Shown here one piece after another: positions 7,015 through 15,179 of a DNA stretch of 16,614 nt. The DNA lies in assembly GCA_033762115.1 (NCBI GenBank), contig JANRLX010000040.1, positions 1 through 16,614 of the forward strand, given 5' to 3'. The translations under genes were made by a program, and so were the position numbers. Positions within the stretch are counted from its first letter, which is position 1. The number at the start of each line of letters is the position of its first letter. The DNA is from Verrucomicrobiota bacterium (lineage in GTDB: Bacteria; Verrucomicrobiota; Verrucomicrobiia; Limisphaerales; SXQI01). The notes under the pieces were generated by a model. That model did no database searches, had not been told where the DNA came from, and was given only the letters and a program-made list of their open reading frames with translations.

Positions 7015-8580
7015 TCAAAGATCCCGGATTGCCTCCGCCAAAATGCGGCGATGCCTTTCCCGGTTGGTAGCATCGTAGAATTCGATCGGATTGTAATCGT
7101 CAGTCAGCACCATTCCTTTTTCAGGAGGAACTGTATGAGTTGTGCGCCATGCGGTAAGGACCTCGTCCCGCTGGTCTGGTGCCACCTGGCTTGTATCAAA
7201 ATTTCCAGGGACCAGTGGCGAAGCCGAGGCCACAAAAAAGATATTTCCATTCCCTGCCGCATGAATGGTCACATACGGAAAAACCGCCCGGACTGTTTTT
7301 TCCAGGGATGCGGTGAACATCTCTTCGCCAGGGCGAAAGTTGCCAAAACTGTTGATCACCAGCACCCCTCTTTCCGTAAGGGCCCGGCGAATCCCTTCAA
7401 ATGCCTCCCGTGTCATCAAATGTCCGGGAGATGAATCGCCTAAAAAGGCATCGAGCAGGACTGCATCAAACCTTTTCTCATTTTTATTGAGAAAAAAACG
7501 GCCATCTCCGATGTGGATCGTCATCCGCTTCCGGTCAAAATCAAAAAATTGTTCTGCCACCGGGATTACAGCGGGATTGATTTCCACCACTTCCACCCGG
7601 ACACCCTCAACTGCCAGTTGCATCGGCACGATCCCGATTCCCATCCCGATGCAAAGCGCCGAACTCAGATTGGTATGGTATGCATGCGCCAGCCCATGCA
7701 GCATGTAAGTAAACAGGGAACTGCTTTTGCGGCTATTCGGGTCGTAGCTGTTCTGCACAAGATAATCATTCAGGAAAAAACGGCGCTGCAACCGGGGGCT
7801 TTCGATCACCTGCAACGTCCCGAAATTCGAATTCCCCCGGAAAAGTTCCTTCACCTTGATTGGCCGTCCCTGCGCTTCCGCAACCGCCCCGAGCACAATC
7901 AATACTGCCACTGCGCCCTGACCCGCCAGCGCCGGTTTGAGCCGCCTCCCGAACAACGCAAAATAAGCGCCACTCAGGGAGGCGAGCAGCGCCGCGGTGG
8001 CAAACATCGTCCAGGAATTTGGCAGCAGCGGGATCAGCACGTAACCAATCAGCAACGTGCCCGCCACGCTTCCAACAGTGCTTACAGCCGAGAGCGCTCC
8101 CACCTGCCCTCCCACATTCGTCAATGACCGGGCAAGGATCCGCACCAGAAAAGGGCCGGTGGCGGCCAGCAGCGTTAACGGAACAAAAAACAAAAACAGC
8201 GAACTCAGCAACGCACCCACTGCGAGATTGAGGTTCAGGAACAGGTATGCCAGCGGGCCGGTCAACGGCACTGTGACCGCCAGGTACAAAGCCGCCGCAA
8301 GGATACAAAAATATAGCCGTTCCAGCTTCGGCGAACGATCCACCAGCCAGCCGCCAAAATAATAGCCGGACGCCAGCGCCAGCAGCGTCACAGTAATCTG
8401 CGCCGTCCAGACGAAATGTGACGTTCCGACAAAGGGGGCCAGCATCTTTGCCCCAAGGATCTCAACAATCAGGATCGCGCCGCCTGTGATTGCAGCTGTC
8501 GCATAAAGAAACCGCCGGAGCCCCGCTGATTCTCCCGGAGCCGGCTGGCTTTGAGGCTGGATCGTTGAATCTTTTTTCAC
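7015..8580 (-). CDS. Fused MFS-like membrane domain / spermidine-synthase-like SAM-dependent transferase
   Basis: About 7 TM segments (GGAILIVEILGAKMLAPFVG, LALASGYYFGG, STVGSVAGTLL) followed by a class I SAM fold: ALCIGMGIG, VEVVEINPAV, IGDGRFFL, DAVLLDAF, GVLVIN, VLTDDYNP. Start set at GTG 8580; the track's TTG 8622 is an alternative. Confidence 0.88.
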   Translation of the reverse strand: MKKDSTIQPQSQPAPGESAGLRRFLYATAAITGGAILIVEILGAKMLAPFVGTSHFVWTAQITVTLLALASGYYFGGWLVDRSPKLERLYFCILAAALYLAVTVPLTGPLAYLFLNLNLAVGALLSSLFLFFVPLTLLAATGPFLVRILARSLTNVGGQVGALSAVSTVGSVAGTLLIGYVLIPLLPNSWTMFATAALLASLSGAYFALFGRRLKPALAGQGAVAVLIVLGAVAEAQGRPIKVKELFRGNSNFGTLQVIESPRLQRRFFLNDYLVQNSYDPNSRKSSSLFTYMLHGLAHAYHTNLSSALCIGMGIGIVPMQLAVEGVRVEVVEINPAVIPVAEQFFDFDRKRMTIHIGDGRFFLNKNEKRFDAVLLDAFLGDSSPGHLMTREAFEGIRRALTERGVLVINSFGNFRPGEEMFTASLEKTVRAVFPYVTIHAAGNGNIFFVASASPLVPGNFDTSQVAPDQRDEVLTAWRTTHTVPPEKGMVLTDDYNPIEFYDATNRERHRRILAEAIRDL

Positions 8581-8631
8581 CGCAGGGTTGTAGCCCGATA
8601 CCAGACGAAAGAAAAGTGACAACGAATTAAT

Positions 8632-9108
8632 TTAGCCTGGCATGATGAAACGGCGAAGCTGCTCTGCTGTTCCTTCAAAATCCGTCGCAAACTGCGCGAA
8701 ACTGCTCTCCGGGATCGGCATGTACTTGCCCGTCGCGCTGGCCAGCTTTTCTCCAGTAATTCGTTTCAACTCTCCTTGCGCAATGAAAATCCTGTTTCTT
8801 CGATTCTCGATCATTTCCCCTCTCGCCAGAATCTCTTCGCCAGGTCGGGCAGGTGCAAAATAACGGACTGTCATTTCCGCGCTGAAGAAAAATTTCTTCA
8901 TCGGCACAGAGCAGGCCCAGACCATGATTTCATCCAGCACCGTCGCCAGCAACCCTCCATGGGTGACACCGACGAAGCCGACATGCTCCATTCCCGGAAT
9001 GAGACGCCCTTCCACAATTTTTCCATCCGTTTGGAAACGCATGTTCAACCCGGAACGGTTTTGCGATCCGCACACAAAGCACGATTTTGAATGGGGCAAT
9101 TCTTCCAT
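8632..9108 (-). CDS. PaaI-family (hotdog-fold) thioesterase
   Basis: LPHSKSCFVCGSQN N-terminus, HVGFVGVTHGGLLATVLDE hotdog motif, AEMTVRYFAPA, LASATGKY. ATG 9108 preferred; GTG 9138 is an alternative. Confidence 0.88.
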   Translation of the reverse strand: MEELPHSKSCFVCGSQNRSGLNMRFQTDGKIVEGRLIPGMEHVGFVGVTHGGLLATVLDEIMVWACSVPMKKFFFSAEMTVRYFAPARPGEEILARGEMIENRRNRIFIAQGELKRITGEKLASATGKYMPIPESSFAQFATDFEGTAEQLRRFIMPG

Positions 9109-9152
9109 GACGAATCCTCGCGGGAAACCCATCTCCACGCAATTCCATTGAT

Positions 9153-11300
9153 CTAATTCAGCCCTGCTCCTTCAACGCGGGCCGTCGCTTTCAACATTCC
9201 ATTGACCAGCTGATACCGAACTGATTGCGACCGCGTGGGTTTGCCGCTCCCATCACGTTCCAGGACAAGCTGGCCAAGCGCCGAGTACTCCGTCCGTCCC
9301 GAAGGGCCCAGCCGCACCCAGCCGAGCAACTCCCCATTGTCATCATACTGGTAAAGATCACGCCAAAGTTTCGGCACCGATAAGGTTGAATCCACATAAG
9401 CCGGAACAAACTCATGCCTCGCAATCCCTCTCAGAAGATGCCCCATCACTTCCCCATTGAGTTTCATCAACAGATTGGCTTCGAAATTGGAGAAACCTTT
9501 CCCATTCACAGGTTGAATCGCTGAGCGAATCCCTGGATTGAGCAGGCTCGCGGTGCTCAGGACTCCCCAGTTGACATATTCCTCCAGCACTCGGTTCAAC
9601 CTCTCTTCCTCAACCTGCGCTTCAATTGTTCCCTCACGGATTTCCCGGCCATAAACCTCGACAAGACGCGGATCCTGCAGCGCCACCCCGAGCCGTTGCC
9701 CGAAGAGATAACGCGGGTTCCGCATCAACAACTCAAAGGATTCAGCAGCTTTCCGCTGCTCAAGTTCCGCGGCCTGAACTGTCGATTCACCAGCTCCTCC
9801 TTTTTTTAACGTCTGCAATGTTTGCTCAGTCCGTTCCACTTCAGCTGATTGCGCTGTGTGCTCATTCCGCGCTGAGAGAATTTCCGCAACTGCATCTTTT
9901 CCAAGCAGAGTTGATATCAGGCGGCCCTTCGCTGTCGCCTGACCCTCCTTCAGCAAAAAGAAAAGAGCGGACCAGTTCGTTACAACCAGCTTCGATTGCC
10001 CCGCCCCATAACCAATCTCCAGCAGACGTCCCGCCTTGTCGAAAGTCCGGCGCTCTGAGGCAATATGAAAAACTGAAATGAACCCTGGCGCAGAGTAGTA
10101 ACTGCCATTATGGGCAAACGCTCCCACCTCAACCCTTGGACTCTCGATCCCGCTCGCGCTGCGCTGCTCTGGATCAAAATCAAATGCCAACTCCACTGTT
10201 CGGGATTCCCCATCCAGTGGATTGATCCGGATTTTCTCACGATTTCCCCGCAAGACTTTCCAATGAAACGTCAGCGGCTTGCCATGCGCATCGCGGCTTC
10301 CCCCCGCGCTCACCACCATCCTGTGGGTGCGATGACGCGCACGGAAAATTCGCGCAATCGACTGCGGCGTATCGCAAATGATTTCATCCTGCCTGCGATC
10401 AAAAAAATCCACTCCATGAATCGGCTGGTCCTCCTCAATGACCTTGAGGCCGATCATCGGGGGAAATGCATTGAATTGAATTGCATGGGCCGCTCGCACC
10501 AGTGCGGTCGCATCCAGGCTCGACGCTTCGAACACCGTTGGGTGCGCCTTTCCGCTGAGATAATCCTCTGTTGAATCGATCCCTTTCGCAGTCCTTCGAA
10601 ATAACATCTGCACCGTCGGCATCAACATTCCGTTGGTGACAAGCGCCTTTTTTACCTCTGGGCGAAAGGCTCCCAATGCTTGGGCAATGGCAATCATAAA
10701 GGGCTGGTCAGAACCTGAAGAACCTTGCGCTGTGATCAGGTAGGGTGAATTGGCTGGGAGCAGGTCCCCATACCCTCCGTGGCTGATTGGATCATGATCG
10801 TTGTGCTCCGGATAAAAATACAGGTTGTTCCCGCGGTACTGCTCATGCAGCAGGTTCATTCCCTCTGCACTCATGTAATATTGCCGTGTATTGCTTCCCC
10901 CCTTGAAAACGCTTCCGCTGGTTGAGGCATTCCCGATCACCACTCCCGGGCGAACCTTTTTGGCCAAAGACCAATCCTGCCTTTGGTTCCGTTCCGCCTC
11001 TGAGTAAGTTATTTTTTTGAATTGCGGAAAGCGTTTCAGGTCAAACGGGGAATGCTCCCGGTCCCGGTTATCATATTGATCGCCAATGTTCCCTGCCGCT
11101 GTGCCTTCCACCCACCATTGATTCAGCAACTGGTCCGCTTCCGTATCACCGTGGCTGACAACCTGTTCCGCCTGTTTTTTGCCAAACGGATTCCAGTTGA
11201 ACCGCGCCGCAGGCTCTCCCGGCTTCTGCTCGCCAATCCGAAACAAAGGCGTCGCAGCCATCAACCCGGCCAACACTGCTGCAATGATCAATCCACGCAT
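9153..11300 (-). CDS. Secreted hypothetical protein (~715 aa) of unknown function
   Basis: Long ORF. ATG 11300 gives the signal-peptide-like MRGLIIAAVLAGLMAA. His/Asp/Ser-rich motif blocks; no family I can name. Confidence 0.8.
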   Translation of the reverse strand: MRGLIIAAVLAGLMAATPLFRIGEQKPGEPAARFNWNPFGKKQAEQVVSHGDTEADQLLNQWWVEGTAAGNIGDQYDNRDREHSPFDLKRFPQFKKITYSEAERNQRQDWSLAKKVRPGVVIGNASTSGSVFKGGSNTRQYYMSAEGMNLLHEQYRGNNLYFYPEHNDHDPISHGGYGDLLPANSPYLITAQGSSGSDQPFMIAIAQALGAFRPEVKKALVTNGMLMPTVQMLFRRTAKGIDSTEDYLSGKAHPTVFEASSLDATALVRAAHAIQFNAFPPMIGLKVIEEDQPIHGVDFFDRRQDEIICDTPQSIARIFRARHRTHRMVVSAGGSRDAHGKPLTFHWKVLRGNREKIRINPLDGESRTVELAFDFDPEQRSASGIESPRVEVGAFAHNGSYYSAPGFISVFHIASERRTFDKAGRLLEIGYGAGQSKLVVTNWSALFFLLKEGQATAKGRLISTLLGKDAVAEILSARNEHTAQSAEVERTEQTLQTLKKGGAGESTVQAAELEQRKAAESFELLMRNPRYLFGQRLGVALQDPRLVEVYGREIREGTIEAQVEEERLNRVLEEYVNWGVLSTASLLNPGIRSAIQPVNGKGFSNFEANLLMKLNGEVMGHLLRGIARHEFVPAYVDSTLSVPKLWRDLYQYDDNGELLGWVRLGPSGRTEYSALGQLVLERDGSGKPTRSQSVRYQLVNGMLKATARVEGAGLN

Positions 11301-11329
11301 TTCACATTCCGGAAGGACATCCGCTTTGC

Positions 11330-11357
11330 ACTGTAACCGCATCATTCCCGGACGCAA
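11330..11357 (-). promoter_or_regulatory. Possible sigma70-type promoter for the minus-strand block
   Basis: Minus strand TTGCGT (11357-11352), 16-nt spacer, TACAGT (11335-11330), upstream of ATG 11300. Confidence 0.35.
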
Positions 11358-11378
11358 CCAGTTCATTTCCTTTGTCGC

Positions 11379-11407
11379 TTGTCAGCCCGCAACCGCAGTC
11401 CTATCGT
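11379..11407 (+). promoter_or_regulatory. Sigma70-type promoter for the lapA-like / pduO-like pair
   Basis: TTGTCA (11379-11384), 17-nt spacer, TATCGT (11402-11407), 17 nt before ATG 11425. Confidence 0.6.
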
Positions 11408-11424
11408 TCCCATCCGGTTTTTCT

Positions 11425-11682
11425 ATGAATGCAAAGTTTTTGTTTAAACTTATTTTCCTGCTCTTTGTTGCGTTGCTCCTGGTTCTCATGGGAATGAACA
11501 ATCGTTCCACCGTCGCTTTTTCACTTCCTCCTCTCCTCCCCAAAAGCGTTACCCTACCTTCCGCCTTGATGTACGTGGCTTTCTTTTCCGTTGGCGTGAT
11601 CACTGGCTGCGTTGTCATGGCTGGAAATGGCAAAGGCAAAGGCAGCGGTTCCAGCGCAGGCAAAAGTTCCAAGCCGAAATAA
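11425..11682 (+). CDS. Small two-TM membrane protein, LapA/DUF1049-like (85 aa)
   Basis: Internal ATG of track ORF 11179..11682: MNAKFLFKLIFLLFVALLLVLMGMNNRSTVAFSLPP...ALMYVAFFSVGVITG plus a Lys/Gly/Ser tail. The TM, N-x-x-x-V loop, TM with FxxG layout resembles LapA. Confidence 0.65.
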   Translation: MNAKFLFKLIFLLFVALLLVLMGMNNRSTVAFSLPPLLPKSVTLPSALMYVAFFSVGVITGCVVMAGNGKGKGSGSSAGKSSKPK

Positions 11683-11685
11683 TCC

Positions 11686-12234
11686 ATGAGCATCGCCACA
11701 CGGACGGGTGACCAGGGGACCACAGGGCTGATGTACAACCGGCGGGTATCGAAATGTCATTCCCGCGTGGAAGCTTACGGCTCCGTCGATGAACTGAATG
11801 CCGCCCTTGGCCAGGCCAGGGCCACAGCTGAACATTCCTTTATTTCCGACGCCATTTTCGCCACCCAAAAGGAGCTGGTACTCCTCATGGGGGAACTCGC
11901 AACCCTCGAAGAAGATCTGCCCCGGTATAAATCAGATGCCTACGAAATGATCGGCAAACTCCAGATCACCCGGCTTGATGAACTGGTTGCGTTGATCGAA
12001 TCCCAGAAAGTCAGCTTTCGTGGATGGGCCACTCCCGGCGATACGTTGAACTCGGCTGCCCTCGATCTCGCCCGCACCACCTGTCGCAGGGCGGAACGGC
12101 GCGTGGCTGCCCTGCTCGAAGCGGGACAATTGAGCAACCCGGAAATACTCATCTATCTCAACCGCCTTTCAGACGTCCTTTGGTTGATGGCTCGCTGGGT
12201 CGAGCATCAACGTACTGAAAAATCGAAAGCCTGA
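11686..12234 (+). CDS. pduO: ATP:cob(I)alamin adenosyltransferase, PduO type
   Basis: IATRTGDQGTTGL, RVSK...RVEAYGSVDELNAALG, LDLARTTCRRAER and YLNRLSDVLWLMAR are canonical PduO/MMAB motifs. Confidence 0.93.
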   Translation: MSIATRTGDQGTTGLMYNRRVSKCHSRVEAYGSVDELNAALGQARATAEHSFISDAIFATQKELVLLMGELATLEEDLPRYKSDAYEMIGKLQITRLDELVALIESQKVSFRGWATPGDTLNSAALDLARTTCRRAERRVAALLEAGQLSNPEILIYLNRLSDVLWLMARWVEHQRTEKSKA

Positions 12235-12236
12235 TT

Positions 12237-12271
12237 CCACTTCACCCCTCAAATCGGCCATTTCACCCCTC
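12237..12271 (+). repeat. 14-nt direct repeat CCAYTTCACCCCTC, period 21 nt
   Basis: CCACTTCACCCCTC (12237-12250) and CCATTTCACCCCTC (12258-12271); 13/14 identical. Confidence 0.8.
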
Positions 12272-12302
12272 GGCGCGTGTTCATTTAGTTATTTCACGTT
12301 AC

Positions 12303-12354
12303 TCTGAACCGTTTTCTTTTAGCGATGCGGACGCTCCCATCGCAGAAGTTCAGA
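12303..12354 (+). promoter_or_regulatory. Extended imperfect stem-loop just upstream of the cytochrome gene
   Basis: Nested pairs: TCTGAAC/GTTCAGA, TTCT/AGAA, GCGATG/CATCGC, GGA/TCC (20 bp in total). Ends 10 nt before ATG 12365. Confidence 0.45.
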
Positions 12355-12364
12355 TCCAGTTAAT

Positions 12365-15178
12365 ATGGCGACAGAAGAGAGCAACGCGCCTCGAAAAAAA
12401 TATGTCCGGGCAGTGGGTCCGCGCCTGCGGATTCTCCTTTATTTCATCTTTGGCCTCGTCGCGCTTCTCGGGGCCAATTCCGCATACCTCGCCAGCATTA
12501 CCTTCCTGGAATGGGTCACTGGCCTGACCTATCAAAACTATTTCTATCAGGGAATGTTCCTCGCCCATCTGGTCATGGGGCTGCTTTTTATTATTCCATT
12601 CGTCATTTTCGGGATCATTCATATCAAAAACTCCCGCAACCGCCCCAATCGTCGCGCAGTCCGGGTCGGCTATGCGCTTTGGTTCATCAGCCTCATCCTG
12701 CTCTTCACCGGCCTTGCCTTGATGCGGGTGGGCGATTTCAAACTCAACCAGCCATTCCTCCGGGCGATGGCTTACTGGGCTCACGTGATCACACCGCTCC
12801 TGGCTGTGTGGCTTTACATTCTTCACCGCCTCGCAGGGCCTCGCATCAAGTGGAAACTCGGTATCGGCTGGGGAGTTGCAGTCGCGGTCATCGTCGTTGG
12901 CATGGTCGCTTTTCATGCCCAGGACCCCCGGAAATGGAATGTCGCAGGGCCAAAGGAAGGGGCCAAATATTTTGAGCCTTCCCTCGCGCGGACAGCTTCA
13001 GGAAACTTTATTCCAGCCAGGACCCTGATGATGGATGATTACTGTCTCAAATGTCATGAGGACTCCTACAAAGGATGGTTCCACAGTGCCCACCATTTCA
13101 GTTCATTCAACAACAAGCCGTACCTCTTCAGCGTTCGTGAAACGCGCGAGGTCGCCATGAAACGGGATGGCAATGTCAAAGCCGCGCGCTGGTGCGCCGG
13201 CTGTCATGATGTCGTCCCATTTTTCAGCGGCGCTTTCGATGACCCGAATTTCGATGACGTCAATCATCCCACCTCCCAGGCCGGGATCACCTGCACTGCG
13301 TGCCACTCCATCACTCATGTGAACAGCACCAGGGGCAACGCGGATTACACCATCGAGGAACCGATTCATTACCCATTCGCCTTCAGCAGCAATTCATTCC
13401 TGCAATTCATCAACCAGCAACTGGTCAAGGCAAAGCCGGAATTCCACAAGAAAACCTTCCTCAAACCGCTCCACCAAACGGCCGAATTCTGCTCCACCTG
13501 CCACAAGGTCAGCATCCCCAGGGAATTAAATCATTATAAGGACTTCCTTCGCGGCCAGAACCATTACGACACTTACCTGCTCAGCGGTGTTTCAGGCCAT
13601 AACGCCCGCGCGTTCTACTACCCCCCGGTCGCCCAGCTCAATTGCAACGGCTGCCATATGCCGCTCCAGGCTTCCAGCGATTTCGGCGCAAAACCTTTCG
13701 GCAGCACCAACGGCACGCTTCGTATCCATGATCACCTTTTCCCGGCTGCCAACACCGGCATTGCCCACTTGCGCGGCGAACCGGACATCGTCAAGCGGCA
13801 CGCTGATTTCCTCAAAGGTTCCGTTCGCCTCGATATTTTCGGGATCAAGGAAGGAGGCACCATCGATGGAAAATTGACCGCACCGCTTCGTCCATCGGTC
13901 CCCGCGCTGAAACGGGGCCGCAAATATCTTCTGGAAGTGGTCCTCCGCACCGTCCGGCTTGGGCATCCCTTTACGCAGGGAACGGTTGATTCAAACGAAG
14001 TCTGGGTCGAGGGGGCGGGCCGCAGCGGGGACAGGATCATTGCCCGCACCGGGGGAATGGGCAAATACAATGCCGTTGATCCCTGGTCCCATTTCGTCAA
14101 TGTGCTCATGCTGGATCGTGAAGGGAACAGGATTGACCGCCGCAATCCGCAGGACATTTTCACCCCCCTTTATAATCACCAGATTCCTCCCGGCGCAGCC
14201 CAGGTTGTCCATTACGAGTTCAAGGTGCCTGAAAACATCGACCAGCCTTTTGAACTGGAATTAAAGCTTCAATATCGCAAGTTCGATTCGATCTACATGC
14301 AATATGTCTTTGGCAAGGATTTCACCAACGATCTCCCCGTCGTCACCATTGCCAGTGACAAGGTTGTCTTTCCAATTGAAGGAATCGAGGCGGCAGTCAC
14401 CAACGCTCCATCCGGCATTGACCTCTGGCAACGATGGAACGATTACGGCATCGGCCTCTTCCTCGAAGGGGACAAGGGAAGTGAAAAAGGGGAGTTACTC
14501 CAGGCTTCCGAAGCTTTCGGTGAAGTCGAAAAACTCAAACGCGCCGAGGGGCCACTCAATCTCGCCAGGGTGTTTCTCAAGGAAGGGCGCCTGGACGATA
14601 CCGTCGCCGCATTGCAGCGTGCCGCAACCTTCGATCCTCCAGCTCCCCGCTGGACCGTCGCCTGGCTGAACGGCCTGGTGAACAAACAAAACGGCTATCT
14701 CGACAAGGCCATCACGGAATTCAGAAGCATCCTCAACGACACCTACCCTGAATTGGAAAAACGGCAGTTCGATTTCAGCAAGGATTACGAAGTGATCAAT
14801 GAACTCGGCCAGACCCTTTTCGAACGTTCCAAACTGGAGCGTAAAGACAAGGCTGCCCAGCAGGCGTTCCTCCGTGAAGCCGAGGCGGAGTTCAAAAAAA
14901 CCCTCGCCCTTGATTCCGAAAACCTCGCCGCCCATTACAATCTCGCCTTGATCTATTCCCAACTCGGCCAGGCCCAGCTTGCCGAGGAACACCGCAAACT
15001 CCATGAACGTTACCGCCCCGATGATAATGCCCGGGACCGCGCCATCGCCATTCATCGGCGTAAAAACCCCGCCGCAGACCACGCCGCCCAATCCATCGTG
15101 ATCTACAACCTGCAACGCAACGGCGCGTTCGGTCTTCCATCCACTGAAATCAACCAGGCATCCGCATCGAACCAATAA
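12365..15178 (+). CDS. Polytopic membrane multiheme cytochrome c (5 CxxCH, c554-like) with N-terminal His-bearing TM domain and C-terminal TPRs
   Basis: Five TM helices in aa 23-184. CLKCH (227), CAGCH (277), CTACH (310), CSTCH (376), CNGCH (427). TPR-like segments WNDYGIGLF, LNLARVFLKEGRLDDTVAALQRA, INELGQTLF, AHYNLALIYSQLGQAQLA. Confidence 0.9.
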   Translation: MATEESNAPRKKYVRAVGPRLRILLYFIFGLVALLGANSAYLASITFLEWVTGLTYQNYFYQGMFLAHLVMGLLFIIPFVIFGIIHIKNSRNRPNRRAVRVGYALWFISLILLFTGLALMRVGDFKLNQPFLRAMAYWAHVITPLLAVWLYILHRLAGPRIKWKLGIGWGVAVAVIVVGMVAFHAQDPRKWNVAGPKEGAKYFEPSLARTASGNFIPARTLMMDDYCLKCHEDSYKGWFHSAHHFSSFNNKPYLFSVRETREVAMKRDGNVKAARWCAGCHDVVPFFSGAFDDPNFDDVNHPTSQAGITCTACHSITHVNSTRGNADYTIEEPIHYPFAFSSNSFLQFINQQLVKAKPEFHKKTFLKPLHQTAEFCSTCHKVSIPRELNHYKDFLRGQNHYDTYLLSGVSGHNARAFYYPPVAQLNCNGCHMPLQASSDFGAKPFGSTNGTLRIHDHLFPAANTGIAHLRGEPDIVKRHADFLKGSVRLDIFGIKEGGTIDGKLTAPLRPSVPALKRGRKYLLEVVLRTVRLGHPFTQGTVDSNEVWVEGAGRSGDRIIARTGGMGKYNAVDPWSHFVNVLMLDREGNRIDRRNPQDIFTPLYNHQIPPGAAQVVHYEFKVPENIDQPFELELKLQYRKFDSIYMQYVFGKDFTNDLPVVTIASDKVVFPIEGIEAAVTNAPSGIDLWQRWNDYGIGLFLEGDKGSEKGELLQASEAFGEVEKLKRAEGPLNLARVFLKEGRLDDTVAALQRAATFDPPAPRWTVAWLNGLVNKQNGYLDKAITEFRSILNDTYPELEKRQFDFSKDYEVINELGQTLFERSKLERKDKAAQQAFLREAEAEFKKTLALDSENLAAHYNLALIYSQLGQAQLAEEHRKLHERYRPDDNARDRAIAIHRRKNPAADHAAQSIVIYNLQRNGAFGLPSTEINQASASNQ

Positions 15179-15179
15179 A

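Noticed and set aside
6946..8362. Several plus-strand ORFs of 70-204 aa opposite the SpeE-like gene, and similar antisense ORFs elsewhere such as 14495..15175
   Set aside because: Antisense shadows of well-supported genes, with no recognisable motifs.
9153..9370. RHS/YD-repeat toxin interpretation of the 715-aa protein
   Set aside because: Only about two YD-like units, no RHS core motif (DPxG), and no toxin tip or immunity gene.
11179..11424. 82-aa N-terminal extension of the LapA-like ORF
   Set aside because: It overlaps the opposite-strand gene and contains the promoter for ATG 11425.
11301..11424. Possible cobalamin riboswitch upstream of the pduO-containing unit
   Set aside because: No B12-box or other cobalamin riboswitch hallmark seen, and the predicted leader is far too short.
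12237..12271. CRISPR-like repeat
   Set aside because: Only two 14-nt copies with a 7-nt gap and no cas genes.
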